DNA from: Lama guanicoe
Taxonomy: Eukaryota
Length of the DNA: 64,000 nt
Direction: 5' to 3'
Assembly: GCA_013239625.1 (NCBI GenBank)
Contig: MU053881.1
Span: forward strand, 12,600,879 to 12,664,878
Below the pieces are notes generated by a model. It worked only from the letters and a program-made list of their open reading frames with translations, did no database searches and was not told the DNA's origin. Below are positions 38,471 to 51,009 of this stretch, in pieces. The translations under genes were made by a program, and so were the position numbers. Each line of letters opens with the position of its first letter. Position 1 is the stretch's first letter.

Positions 38471-41059
38471 TAAGGAGATTATACTTACTTCTTGGCATAA
38501 TTTATCTGCTTCATGATAGTTCTCTCCTTTCTTTGAAATAGAGATAACAATATCACAGAACAAAGCGCCTGCATTTTTCCTAGAATGGTTGAGTCAGGTA
38601 ATATTTTCAACTGAGAGAGTTAGAAACACCCCTGCCTTTGGTGTGTCACTGGTCCTAAGCTACTGCATCTAGTCATAGTCTGTATCACATCACATAGTGA
38701 TATGCCGGTACAGTGTCAATAACACAACTTAACCATCAGTCAGCAGCCAGCAGTTATTTACATTGATTTTGGATTTTTAACTATCTATCCAAAGTCACTT
38801 CCGACCAGCAAATAAAGGCTAACTCAGGGAACTTTGGGAAAACTTTCTGCTCCCTTAAAATTTTGGGAGAGAAATTTTTGGATTCTGGAAATTTCTAGAA
38901 ATTTTCTCAAAATTATTTTCATTTCCATACTTCACCTCAGGGTTCTTTTCTAATTTTCACAGATGGACTGAGAAGTAAGAGAGGGAATCCTGAGATCTTT
39001 ACCCAAGAATCTGCAGAAAGCCACCCCAAGCCCTCTTTCTTTGTGAATGCCGTGTTTTCCAACACCTAGTCCCAGCAGAGAGCTCGTGCACACATATTCT
39101 CAGTAAATGACAAATTCTAACATCTGGGACATCCTATTAAAAGGATAGGTTGCCCCTGGCACAGTCAATCAATCAACATACTTTGTAATGCTTCTGTAGG
39201 TGCTTAGTGTGGGGAAGTCAAATCATTGTTAACACATTCTTTTGAAGTGATAAATTATGTGGTGTGTTGTCAGGGTTTGAATGCTCAAAGATAATGAGTT
39301 TTGTTTCTTTTGTTGCCTTTGTTTGAAGTGGTGTTGGCTGCACAGCTTGAACTGCCCACCCACTAGAAAGAATTTAAAATGTTTTAAAGTATTGGATTGG
39401 CTGGGGAGGGGGTTACTTTTGAAATGTGTAAGTGATTGGCTCTGCCTCTACCCCAGGGAATAGCTTCTGACTTTAAATGAAAAGTCGAATGCTTTTTTGA
39501 CCACAGCTGTAGCACCAGATGGACATCCCCACTCGTCCCTTTGACAGAGACGTTCATGCCATTCAGTGTGGTCTGTTCCCCTATTACCCAGGCTAGAAAG
39601 ATGAACTATCCTGCATCTGGGAGCCTAAAATTGCCACACGATGTTTCTAAATCCTCTTCAAGAGGCACACAGGTCACAGGAGGATAAGAGTGGAGCTACT
39701 TGCCAAAACACTTCTGCTCCCCTGAGTGGGTGGGACTTAGAGATAATAGGTGCTGATGGTAGACAGTGTCTGTACCCCAATATGCATTACTCACCATGAG
39801 CAATGACTGAATAATGCTGGCATATAGGAGGAGAACCTGCGCGATTAATGCAGGGAATAAGTCCATTTGGAGAGAAACTTAATACATGGGAACCCTTTCT
39901 GTCTTTATCCATGAATCATGCCTGTCTCATAGGAAAGCTAGTTTCACCAGTAGAAGTGAATAGTTTCCTAGTAGCCTAACCTAGTTGCTTGGGCAAACCA
40001 AGTTAAGCCTACAACATTCCTAGGCTCTTTAAGTAGTATCTATGGAATTGTGTTTGTGGTTAGAGGTGGAAAGACAGGAAGGCAACAGACCACCTCTGTT
40101 TGGTCCTCCAGTTTGAACACACTCCTTCTAGGTATGTGGCTGGTGATGTAAGAAGTAATTCCCCTATTGGAATATTTGAGATCTTGTTCTAGGGAAAACA
40201 AGGAAGTAGAGTTGTGTCTAGATGAGTAATGGAAATATATGTTCTCCTAATTTTCTTTTGTATATGTTCTTTTGCAATTTTCCTAAGATGAGCATGAATC
40301 ACAATTTAAATGAGAAAAACCTTATATTTAAAATTTTGTTCAGTGTAATTTTAGCAACAAATTCCAGCTCTTGTTTCTTACTTTATTCCCTTTCCCAAAG
40401 GATTGAGCCCAAGCAAAATGCAAGAATTTCTGTACTTTACCTACTCATTTCAAAACATTCTTGAGATCTATTACAAGTAGCAGCTGTTATAAGAACTTTC
40501 TACTCCCTTAAACACCTAATCCCCTGTGACACATTCCATTTATACTTCTTTTGTGGAGACTGTAACTTTAGCTGCCCCTGTGCGGTGAGATTTGCTGATT
40601 TTATTTCATTGCTCTGGATTGCTGTTTTCAGATTGCTCGAAAAATGAACTTACTCTATAACACCCAGTTTGTCGTGTTCCTCCTTTCGCAAGTTACTGTT
40701 CTAAAGTATCATCTAGTATCTAAGATAATTCTTTATCTGATCAATATAGTTCTTATCTTTTACTTTGTAGCTGCCAACCACTTTATGTTGGGTGATTTGT
40801 GCAGGTCTATGCTAAGAGCTTCTTTGAGGAGCAAGTCAATTATGACTGCTTTGAACTGCTTCTAATCAAAACTTGCTGTTTGAAATTCTGACTGTGATTT
40901 TGCTTCTTTTTAACCATGGACAGGTTTGGCATAGTAATCTTTATCCTCTCCAGGTAATGAAAATTTAGAAGTAAGGAAATGATTTTTCTTTTGTTTCTCA
41001 TTTCTAAAGATACATTTGTTTAACTGGTCAAAATTATCAAGGAGTTTTGGAATATAAAG

Positions 41060-41225
41060 GTTTGAAAGAGACCTCAGAATCTTCCGGTCCAAACTTCTCA
41101 TTTATCAGCTTGAGAAAAATGAGCTTCAGATGCCAAACGTAAAGCTAGATCAAAGTAAAACTAGAGTCTAGGTCTCTGGTCTCTAAGCCCAGTGCCTTTT
41201 TTTTTTTTTTTCCCCTACCATATCT
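41060..41225 (-). mobile_element. MIR
   Basis: ctagagtctaggtctctggtctctaagcccagtgc. Confidence 0.55.
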
Positions 41226-41444
41226 GGTCTGCTCTACTTTCAGTGGGAGATGTAATTTCATTTCCTAATTTTCAAAACAAAGAAATGTAAGAAATGTAAT
41301 CTTGATTGGTCAGAGGGACTTTGGTTGCAAATGACTCTGGCCAGTGTAGTCAAAGGGAATTTTCTGCAAGATCATGAGAGGCTCTCTTAATTCCTCAGCA
41401 CAGGTTTTCACAATGGGGAGTGATGAGGAGAACTTTGAAGGAGA

Positions 41445-41785
41445 AGCAACATGTTCATTCACAAAGATGGCTTCAATGTTCCTCTCAGCATCAGTAACAT
41501 TAGACAGTTTTCTTCCTGACTAGAGGCCACTGAGATTCCTTTTCTTAGAGTATTTACTTTAGAAAACTTAGAACTATAAATTCTTTCTCTGCCCCTTTGA
41601 GATATAAATCTTTTTCCTGTTTCCTACCAGTTTTGCAACCCAAGAGTGTGTTCCTTAAAAATCTAGGAGCCATTCCTTTGAATAGTAACCATCAAAAAAA
41701 AGTTGGAGAACCTGTCCCCCAGTCTTTGTGGGAGAGGAGGAGCTAACTTCGAAAAATGCCAATTTTTAAAGACAGATGGCCTTTA
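41445..41785 (+). mobile_element. ERV1 LTR fragment (MER31/MER34-like)
   Basis: tttactttagaaaactt...ttctttctctgcccctttgagatataaatc...cagtctttgtgggag. Confidence 0.55.
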
Positions 41786-41799
41786 AGATCTGTTCCATG

Positions 41800-42295
41800 T
41801 CAAAGTAATGTCGAGAAGCCAGACACTATTCTTTTGCTCTACTATGATTGACCTGTTTTTTTTTTTTATCCTGAAACTTACTAATGGCTACATAATGGCT
41901 GCTAAATATCCATGCATCACGTTTCCATTCTAAAGTAAGAAGTAGGACAGTGGCCAGGGCAACTAGAGAACGACTTCTCTCCTTTTACCTGAGAAGGATA
42001 GATTGCTATGGCAGAAGCCCCCAGCGCATTTCCCCTTATGTTTTATTCACTAGGCATAGTTCACATGCTGCTAATTAGTGGCAAAGGCAATGAAATTAGA
42101 AAAAAAAATAAAAGGAACTATATCCCCAGCAATGAGTTAGAAAAAGATCACTATTCATCCCCTGCCTCCAGAGTTGGACGAGAAGCCTACTTTCCTCAAG
42201 TCTATTGCTGGTAAATCTGATACCTGAACGGGAGTGTGTCACTGTTAGCCAGGAAGAAGGGTGGAAAGGCAGCTGTGCAGGGATTCGACAGTGTG
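41800..42295 (-). mobile_element. MLT1J-like LTR
   Basis: aatggctgctaaatatccatgcatcacg...gaagcccccagc...ggaaaggcagc. Confidence 0.55.
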
Positions 42296-42509
42296 TGCTA
42301 CGACACACTGGGAGGCTTCAAGTGTGCAGACTTCTGTGGGGTTAGATCAGGAGGAAGAGAAGTCTGGAGCAAGGACTCCTAAGAGGAACACACAGAGTTG
42401 GAAACTGCAGTAGGTACAAGGAGCCTCATAAGATGAGTAATAAAGAGGACTGTAGAGGTTTCAGAACAGCCCTGGAAGGCTCAAAAATATGTGGCTGGGT
42501 GCTTGTTTA

Positions 42510-42935
42510 AAGGGCAATTGGCATAAGTTCCCAGAGGGAAGTTTGGTACTGTCTATTAAATGCATTACATTCTGATACACAGTTTGATTGTTCAGAGTCT
42601 CTACTTTACAGAGGTTGCACTAGAGAAAGAACCAGCTATGCAAGTAAAAATTTACATACTGGCATGTTTATTGCAGCATTGTTTATATTTATGTAGGCCT
42701 GGAAACAGGTAAAATGTGCAATGGTAGAGATTTATGCAAATAAATCAAAAGTTTATGTTTTTGAAGGATATTTAATGATTTGAGGTATACGAGATGCTTC
42801 TGTGGAAAAAAGCAGGAAAATACAACATGTTCTGGATCATCATTTTTACATGGTAGGATTGCTGTAGACTTTTTATGTTGTTCTTTATATTTTGAGGGTC
42901 TTTTCCAAAATTCATACAATACATATGAAATAAAT
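42510..42935 (+). mobile_element. L1ME 3' fragment
   Basis: atgtttattgcagcattgtttata. Confidence 0.5.
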
Positions 42936-43189
42936 TCTGTGAACGTCATCTCTTAGTTTTGCCCAGGGTAGGACTGGAACCTGAGGATTATTTCAGATGC
43001 AGAATCTGTGGTCAGCCATCCAAGCTTGTTTGCCTTTCAAGGTAGAGTTTAAGTTACTTGTAAAAAGTGCTTGCTGAAAGCTCACAGCTCACAGCCATAA
43101 ATGAGGAAGCAGAAGGTACAGAGACTAAGGAATGTGTTCACGGTGCTGAGAAGGGGCACCATCACTTCTTGGAAGGCTGTTACTACGCT

Positions 43190-43815
43190 GGACCTCCCTG
43201 TTCGCTCTGCCCCACCTACTGTCAGTTCCCCAGCCAGCGGTTAGACTGAGCTTTTAAAAAACCTAAGTCGGATGATGACACACACTTGCTCAAACCTCCT
43301 GGAAGCGTCTGATCACACTCAGTCACACCACATGCCTTACTATGAACCTGTCTATTGCTGTATTGCCTACCTCGGCTTCTACATGGCTAACTTAGTCTAG
43401 TCTCAGTGACTGTCTCTTGTCCCTTGGACCTGCCAAGCGTGCCCTTCTTTAGAACATTCGTGCCTGCTGCTCCCTCTCCTGGGAGTACTCTTCTGTGAGA
43501 TCTTCCAACGGCTTACTTCCTCCCTTCATTCATTTCAGGTGCTTTTTCATTGAAGAGCCTTCCTGAGCACTGCATGTTAGAGTCCCACCTCTCTCCACCT
43601 CCTTCACTTTTGATTATGGATCCACATGATTTTTCTTTATAAGAAGAAATGCTCTCCTTTGTTTGTCTGTTTGTTGTTTGATTGTCTGTCTTCCCTACTG
43701 GACTATAAGCCCCATAGCAAGACTTTGTCTTGCTTCCTGCTCTATACCTAGTGCCTAGAAAAATGGCTAGCACATAGTATGAGCTTAGTCAAATCTGGTA
43801 AGTAAATGTATCAAT
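43190..43815 (+). mobile_element. L2 with 3' end
   Basis: gtctgtcttccctactggactataagcccc...ctagtgcctagaaaaatggctagcacatagta. Confidence 0.75.
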
Positions 43816-44564
43816 GACAGAGCCGACCCCAAATCACATGCTCTTTTTATTATACCTTAATCAGAATATTTGTATAGTTATAGATTGTTTTAGACATTTA
43901 TCAATTAAATAGTGACTAGAACATGTTTTTCATAATTCTTCATTAAAACAGCAACATTCATCTGTGAGTATTTCTAAAACAACTGTGCACCTGGAAAAGA
44001 GAAAGTAAAGATTCATATACATTAATATTCTGATTATTTTCTAAGTTTACTTCAAGAGGAGGGAACAGTTATTTATACTTGTCAGAAAGTCAGTTTAACT
44101 TGTCTATAAAGATTTATCACAATTTTTTCTTGCCTACTGATTAAGCCCTACTATTAATTAAAATAGGTAATTAGGTTATAAACTACTTAGAATGTGTTAA
44201 AGCTATTAGTAAGCTCTAAATATTCAAATCATCATACAGATGGAATACAGATGGAGAAGTTTACTGTGCCTTTACAATAAATTATGCAAAAGACTTATTT
44301 TAGTGATGTGTTAATGATTCCTGGGTGTAATGTTAAGTGACTTAAATGAGGACAAGTGGGCAATGAGAAGTGAGTTTGAGCTGATGCATCCTTAATGATA
44401 TTATCTCTTCATCTTTTGCCCTTTCATTGGTTTTAATATTCAGAACTCAATTTGAATTACCTCCTTAGATAAATGATAAACTTTATTTCATTTCTCAATG
44501 ATATATATTCCACTTTCACTATTCTTAAGTTTCAATTCCTAGACTTAATAATAAAAAATGATCT

Positions 44565-45230
44565 CCACCATCTAGAGAGCATTTATAATGTGCCAAATAT
44601 TGTGCCAAGTTTTTTGCATCACTGTCACATATAATCCTCTCAGTAAGCTTTTTATTTTCTTTTTCTTTGGACTTTTTATTTCAAAAGACTTTAAGACTCA
44701 TTAGAGTTTGTAGAATAATACAGAGAGTTCTTGTGTACCCAAAACCCAGCTTCCATCAGTGTAATTTCTTACATAACTGTAGTCCATCATCAGAGCCAGG
44801 ACACTGACATTAGTAAAATATTAACTTGAACTCAGACCGCATTCAGATTATATCCATTTTACATGCATTTTTTTCAGTGTATATAGTTTGATGAAATTTT
44901 ACCACATGCATCTATCCATGTAACCATGACCACAATCAAGGTATGGAGCTATTCCACCATCACAGAGGTTTCTTTCTAAAGTTATCCCTTACTAGTCACA
45001 CATCCCTGCTTTACCACTGATAAACACTGATCCCTTTTCAGTTGTTATAACTGGAACCATCAGCAACCTTTTGAAGCAGGTACAATTCTTTTCTCCATTT
45101 GAACCTAAGACTCCAAGACACCAAGACTTTAGGGGGCTGCCTTGCTAAAATCAGCTGGCCAGTGAGAGATGAGTTGGGATTGTAACACAGGCTTATTTGA
45201 TGCCAAAGCCTGGCCTCTCATCTATGCTGC
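44565..45230 (-). mobile_element. MIR (44565-44645, 45060-45230) interrupted by an old L1 3' end (44650-45060)
   Basis: gcatttataatgtgccaaatattgtgccaag; L1 taaccatgaccacaatcaag; MIR gggattgtaacacagg...tgccaaagcc. Confidence 0.6.
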
Positions 45231-45729
45231 AAATTTTTCTTTCCCTACTTTATAGATAAATGCCTAGGTCCTAATGATATTAAAATTATTATTTCTAGGA
45301 CCTATACAAGTTTCCCTTTGAAAATTTTTGGTATTTTTCCAAGTGAAAGTCTTTAATGAGTTATTTTAAATATTTCTATTTGAGTAGAATAGGACATTAT
45401 AGAACATAAGGCAGTAAACAGATCTCTTCCACAGAATAAATATGCTTATCTTGGAGGACATCCATTCTAGTTTATTAACTGGCTGTTTCTTAATGTTGTG
45501 TGTGAAGGAAATTTTGACTATTCTGATGTTATTTATACCTTCCAATTAAAAGATTTGCCAAATTGGAGGATTCACAGGGGACCATAAAGGAAAGTAAATC
45601 AAAGATATTTACAAGTACAACAATGTTAGGATGAGACATTAAATACAAATTTTGAAAAGCAGAATAGACAAATTAGGTTAGTTTAAATCAGATTGCAACC
45701 TGGAGGATTGTTCAGTAAATATGGTCTCC

Positions 45730-45966
45730 TCTGTATTTTTATTTAGTCTGTGTAGTGTTTGAAAAACATCATTTTGAAATAGCTACCGATATCTAAAAAT
45801 GGGAAGTTTTAATACAGACTCGAAGTTTCTGGCTTCTTTTGGAAAATCAGATAATCTGGGACATTGATTCTGGATTAGAACTGAAGCTAAGGCATCACTT
45901 CCCCATCTGTATTTGATACATGCATTTCAGCATGCGTTAGTCCTGCATTTGAGTTTGTGACATCTG
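45730..45966 (-). mobile_element. MER102-like hAT element
   Basis: tttctggcttcttttggaaaatcagataatctggg...gcatttgagtttgtgacatctg. Confidence 0.6.
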
Positions 45967-46074
45967 GTTAAGACGCTGAGTGAGATGATCTCTTGAAATT
46001 TCTTCTGGTTCTACAACTTAAAAATTCTTGAATTAGAATTTAATTAGTCTCTCTAGAAAAGCATTTTCTATACT

Positions 46075-46412
46075 TTTTTTCTGTAGAACAGTACTTTTAT
46101 AAGATGATAACAGACGACAAGGACTTCGGGGTCAAATAAAATTGGAAATGCTGAGTACTTTATTCTACTTTGGAAATTCGTGATCATATTTGCATATTAA
46201 TAAAGGCTCTGAGAAGATCAACACTTATAAGGTCTATTTAACCTTGTCTAATCCAGTATTTCCTATATTTATTTGACTATATAAATGCCTTGTGTGTATG
46301 TATATAAATGTATGTAGTATGTATGTACCTAGGTGTGTATGTCTGTCTTCGTGTAACATATCATCATTTCTTGGAACATTTTTTTTATTAAAAAAGTTTT
46401 GGGGGAACTGCT
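46075..46412. mobile_element. hAT-Charlie-type MER element
   Basis: gcatattaataaaggctctgagaag...tatttcctatatttatttgact. Confidence 0.5.
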
Positions 46413-46754
46413 GATTACCATTAGAAACGTGAGCCTTTGGCTTCTCATAACATGTAAAATAATTGACTTTCTGGAAATAAAGTCTTACATTTTCATTTCA
46501 ATTCTCTGAAATCAATTTGTTATACCTATTAATGCTGACTGAAACAAACACTCATTTGAAACTGGGAAAACGGTTAAAAATAAAATCCAAGATCTTTGAA
46601 GAGTTGGCGATATTGGAGCCATCCATGGCACAGTCTATGGTTACTCTATCAAATGAGAGAGGAAAAATCTCTTTCTGCAGAAAAAGCTGCCAGATTGTGG
46701 TTTCAGTTTTTGCTTTTTTTCTCATAGTAGGTTCTGAATTCAATAGATTATTAG

Positions 46755-47145
46755 TGTTGATTCTCCAACTGGCTCCCATACACGGAGGACAAGGAAAGAC
46801 CAAAGAGGCAGACCACTGCAGGTGGCTGGGTGGCAGTTTCAATAAGGGAGGGAACTTAACAAGCAAGGCTTGTCTTGGGCGGCTGCAAATTGAGATCTCC
46901 ACATCCACCCACCAGAATCTTAAGTTTATGTTAAGGCCATAACGGGATTCATTCATGTATACTGTCCAGATGGTCTCCACAGCACATTGCTCTCTCAAGG
47001 CTGTGTTCTTGAAAACAGTTCCCTCTTGGGAACAGTGGCAAAACATACATTCCAAAGACAGAGAAGGAGGTGAGGAGCCTCCAGTTCCCCAGGTCCAGCT
47101 GAAGGTCAGCTGGAGGTCACATCCTGTTGATGGTCTCCTTCAACA
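46755..47145 (-). mobile_element. ERV solo LTR, complete
   Basis: Perfect 6-bp inverted termini TGTTGA...TCAACA, 5-bp TSD attag/atcag, abrupt GC rise; strand inferred from degenerate polyA/TATA motifs. Confidence 0.8.
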
Positions 47146-47214
47146 ATCAGCCAGGCTGGTGTTTGAAGACACACTCAGTGATTCTCCGAGGAGGAGAACT
47201 TACCACTTCACTGC

Positions 47215-48260
47215 ATCATTCATTCGTTCAGCAAATATGTATCTACAATGTTTCAGATGCTAGATATAAATTAGAGAATAATACAAAGCCCAGCCCTCAC
47301 AGAACTCACAGTGTTGTGGGGGAAATGAGAAATAAGCAAGAAAACAAAATAATCAGTATCTAATTACCTGTTGCCACAAGTGGTGTGAAGAAAGCAAAGA
47401 CCAGGCTGCTGGGTGGAGAATACGGGTTTTGGGGTGGGGTGGGGTGAATGTTTCTTTTCAAGCTGAGAGACTCTGGAAGGACTCTTTGAGACGATGTCAT
47501 TTATGCTGAGTCCAGAATAGAAAAAGAAAAGTAAAGGATAAGCAGAAAGAAGAAAATTCCAGGTAAAAGGGACAGCACATGCAGAAATGCTAAAATAGGA
47601 AAGAGCTCAGTGCATTTGACCAGCTGCTGACTTGGCCCTGTGGCTGGGTGACAGTGGATACATGGGGAGTGATAAGGGAGTAGGTGGGAGAGGCAGGCAA
47701 AGCTCAGTCTGCAGGGCTTCACCTTTGGCCGTGGAAAGGGGTTTGGGTTTCATCTGGATGCTAGAGAAAGACTTTAAGCAGGGAAATGACGTTATCATGT
47801 TAATGTTTTTCTAATGTTGCTGAGGCCACTTGTAACTTGTGGGGGGGATTTAGAAGCAGGGAGATTGGGCAGGGGGCTAAGGCAGTTTATGCAGAAGAGG
47901 ATTGATGGTGGTTTTGACAGTACTAGTGGTGGCAGAGTTGGAGACTCCTGCATGGCTTCCATTCAAATTTTAGATATGGTAACAGTAGAATTTGCTGATA
48001 AATTTTACGTAGGATGTGAAGGAATAGGATGACTCTCATGTTTTTGACTTAAACTGGGTAGTTTGAACACAATTTAGTGTCATAAGGAAACCCAAAGAGT
48101 GGACATATTTGGAGGGAGGAGATTTCAATCCATAATCAAATTTTAGAGATCTCTGTGGAGTAACGTAGTGAAAAAGTCAGTATGGAGTGGGTATGAGTCT
48201 GGAAGTCAGAAGAAAGGCAGAACCTGGAGCTTTTCACTTGGGGCACCTCTACATTAGATT
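47215..48260 (-). mobile_element. L2, about 1 kb of 3' portion
   Basis: cattcattcgttcagcaaata; ttttaagcagggaaatgac; gatgactctcatgtttttgactt. Confidence 0.8.
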
Positions 48261-48814
48261 AAATATTTGAGAAACTATAGTAAACAGAGTCTAATCATAT
48301 ATAGGAAGTATTTCCTGCTAAGTTTTGATTTCATGGAGGCAAGTCCATTTATACATCTAATTTTACTTTCTGTCAGATTTTGAAAACTATATTTTCCTCA
48401 TTCAGGTCCAATAATCTTTCCAAAATCTAAAATTGTGTGAATCTGATTCTTGACATTTTATGGATATAACCCCAGAAACAGGATGAAGAACCAGTTATAG
48501 TTGTACTCACAGCTGGGCAGCCACCCAGTCTTGGTTGAGGTCAAGTCACCCTGAAAAACTAAAGGTTGATATCACTTAATGAACAGATTCACCCTTGGAT
48601 GTAACTGGGAGCCCACTTAGTCTTAGTTTCCTTTTTCAATTCACTGATCAGCAGGTGATGATGACTCAGTAAAATTCACATGTAAGCTTCCTATTCCACT
48701 TCTCTTGCTTATTTCGAATAATGACCTTTGGATTAATCTACATGATGGAGAAGAGATTTGTTTTAATACAGGAACTCACAGGAGGTAAAAATGAAAAAGT
48801 GTGTTTGGATGAAG

Positions 48815-48930
48815 AGTGCCCTGGTCTAAGACACACTTTGATCCGAATCCCAGATCTGTTCTTTGTTAACTTTTCGTGACTTGGCGGATATCATTTACCC
48901 TCACTTATGTTAATTTTCTGTCTTTAGTGT
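48815..48930 (+). mobile_element. MIR
   Basis: ccgaatcccagatctg...gtgacttggcggatatcatttacc. Confidence 0.5.
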
Positions 48931-49699
48931 GTGGAGCTTAAACAAACATTCAAGGAAAATCTAAACTGAAGCAAGCTTTAAAATAAGTAGAATTTTCTCA
49001 AGTTCCAGGTTATTTGGCTTTGTTTCCAGTGCTGTAAATATCATTTAACTGCTGCTCTTTTGGTTGGTGTATGGTTGCAAGATCCCAGAGATCACAAGCG
49101 TTTTTATCTATTTATGGCATTCTTGGACATAAGATAAAAACTATTCATATGATGTGTATGTTCTGTTTCTGTTGAAAAAAATTTAGAAAGAGGTTTTTTT
49201 TCCCCCTTTGCTTTATCGACCTTACCAGTAAGCAGTGGTTTTATCTCTGGGATTCTATTGACAAGTCTGTGCCTCCTTTCCATTTAATTTTATTTACCAT
49301 TATGTCCCACTAAGTAATTAACTCTGCATTTTAGAAAACTTAGAGGCTAAAGGAGCTATTTGAGAACACTGTTGAATGACTTTCTTATTTATAATAGTTC
49401 AAGCTGTGTTAAGCTTTATCACAGACTTTTAAAACGTGAGACGCACTTGTGTGTTTGTGTCTGGAGGAAAATTACATCTGAGAAAAAACAAAATTACCTC
49501 GAAGAGAATGAGAAATCAAGGCAATGCAAAAAACAGAACAAAACAAAGCAAAAAAGCAACACTAAAAACTGTTGTCACTCCAATTTATTTATATCAACAT
49601 GACATGAATATTTACATAAACTTTGAATGGAGAAATTGTCTTGTGGTTATACATTAGGTTTAATATATGGAAAATCAAGTTCCTCAAAGGTTTCTTCTC

Positions 49700-50945
49700 A
49701 CACTAAATTCTCTCCCCTGGCTGTCTCAAGTATGGCCAGGGCCTCAGTTAACAAGTATATGTGACTATTCCAATTTGTTTCTCCACACTGGACCCTCCTG
49801 TGGTCTAATGACTCTCTATTCCAAATGCTTACTCAGCATCTCCAGTTGGATGTCTCAAATGCATGTCCAAAGTGAAATAATCTTCCCTGATCTAAATTTG
49901 CTCCTTCCCTAATATTTATCCAAAATTTGTCCAAACATAACTGTAAATAACAATTTATTATTATTATTAATATTACTACTTTAAGACATATTCTATGGTC
50001 CACAAGTAGAAAGAGAAATATGTTCATGGATACTCCTTCTCCCATAGTCAGCATCAAGTCCTGCCAATTTAAATCTGTTAATCTATTTTTTCACTCTGTT
50101 TCTAGTCCAAGCTAACCAATTTTTGCTCCACTGTGCTATGTGTGGTCTCAAGGGTACTTCTTATACCTATTCTGCACTTTTCTAGACCTATCTCTACAAG
50201 ATAGGCATAGTAATCTTCTCAAAACACACAGACTTTTCTTGCCACACAAATACTCCTTTCTTGAAACCTTTCAGTGGTTTTTTATTGACCTTATTTATTG
50301 AATAAATTCAACGTACAACATTGTGTAAATTTAAGGCATGAAAATGTTGCTTTGATGTATTTAAATATTGTAATAGGATTGCCATTGTGATACTTATCAC
50401 ATTATGTAACTATAGTGCAGCATTGTTGTCTATACTCATTACACTGTGCATTAGGTGTCTATGGCTTATTTTCTACTGGTTGCAACTTTGTGCCCTTAAA
50501 CAACATCAGTCTTATTTTAAGGACTGATTTTTTTTTTAACATGGCCCTTAAGGCCCAGAATGACCTGGTCCCTGCTTGTCTTGTTAGACTTACCTCCTGC
50601 TACTCTTCCCCCTTTTATCTCTGCACTCCATCCATACTTCTCTTTTTCAATTTATTATAAGTATTTCTTAGTACATTCTTACTCATCTTTCACTCCTCAT
50701 CTCAACCTCACTTTTTCTATGAAGCTTTTTTTAGTCTCCCAGACAAGACCAAATCATGTGTATAATCATCATTTAAAACATTTCTTCTTCCTGAACTTCA
50801 TAAAACATTCTCCATATATTTGTGTAATATTTTAGTTACTATCTATCATCTTCACTAGTCTACAGGTTTCAAAATGGCAGAGATTTTGATCTGTTGTTTT
50901 CAACTTTGTATCTTTTACATCTAGAAAAATGCCTAGCACACAGCA
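49700..50945 (+). mobile_element. L2 interrupted by a short minus-strand L1 3' end (~50293-50510)
   Basis: catctccagttggatgtctc; caagtcctgccaatt; aatgcctagcacacag; L1 acaacattgtgtaaatttaagg. Confidence 0.7.
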
Positions 50946-51009
50946 GACACAGCGTGGGGAAGTAACTGCACTCTAGCAGCTTCAGGCATGGACGCATGTC
51001 AGGATTGAT

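Noticed and set aside
46517..47263. Longest ORFs (141, 167 and 102 aa)
   Set aside because: They straddle solo-LTR boundaries, overlap on opposite strands and show no recognisable domain
47424..47444. G-quadruplex motif gggttttggggtggggtgggg
   Set aside because: Single common motif inside an L2 relic
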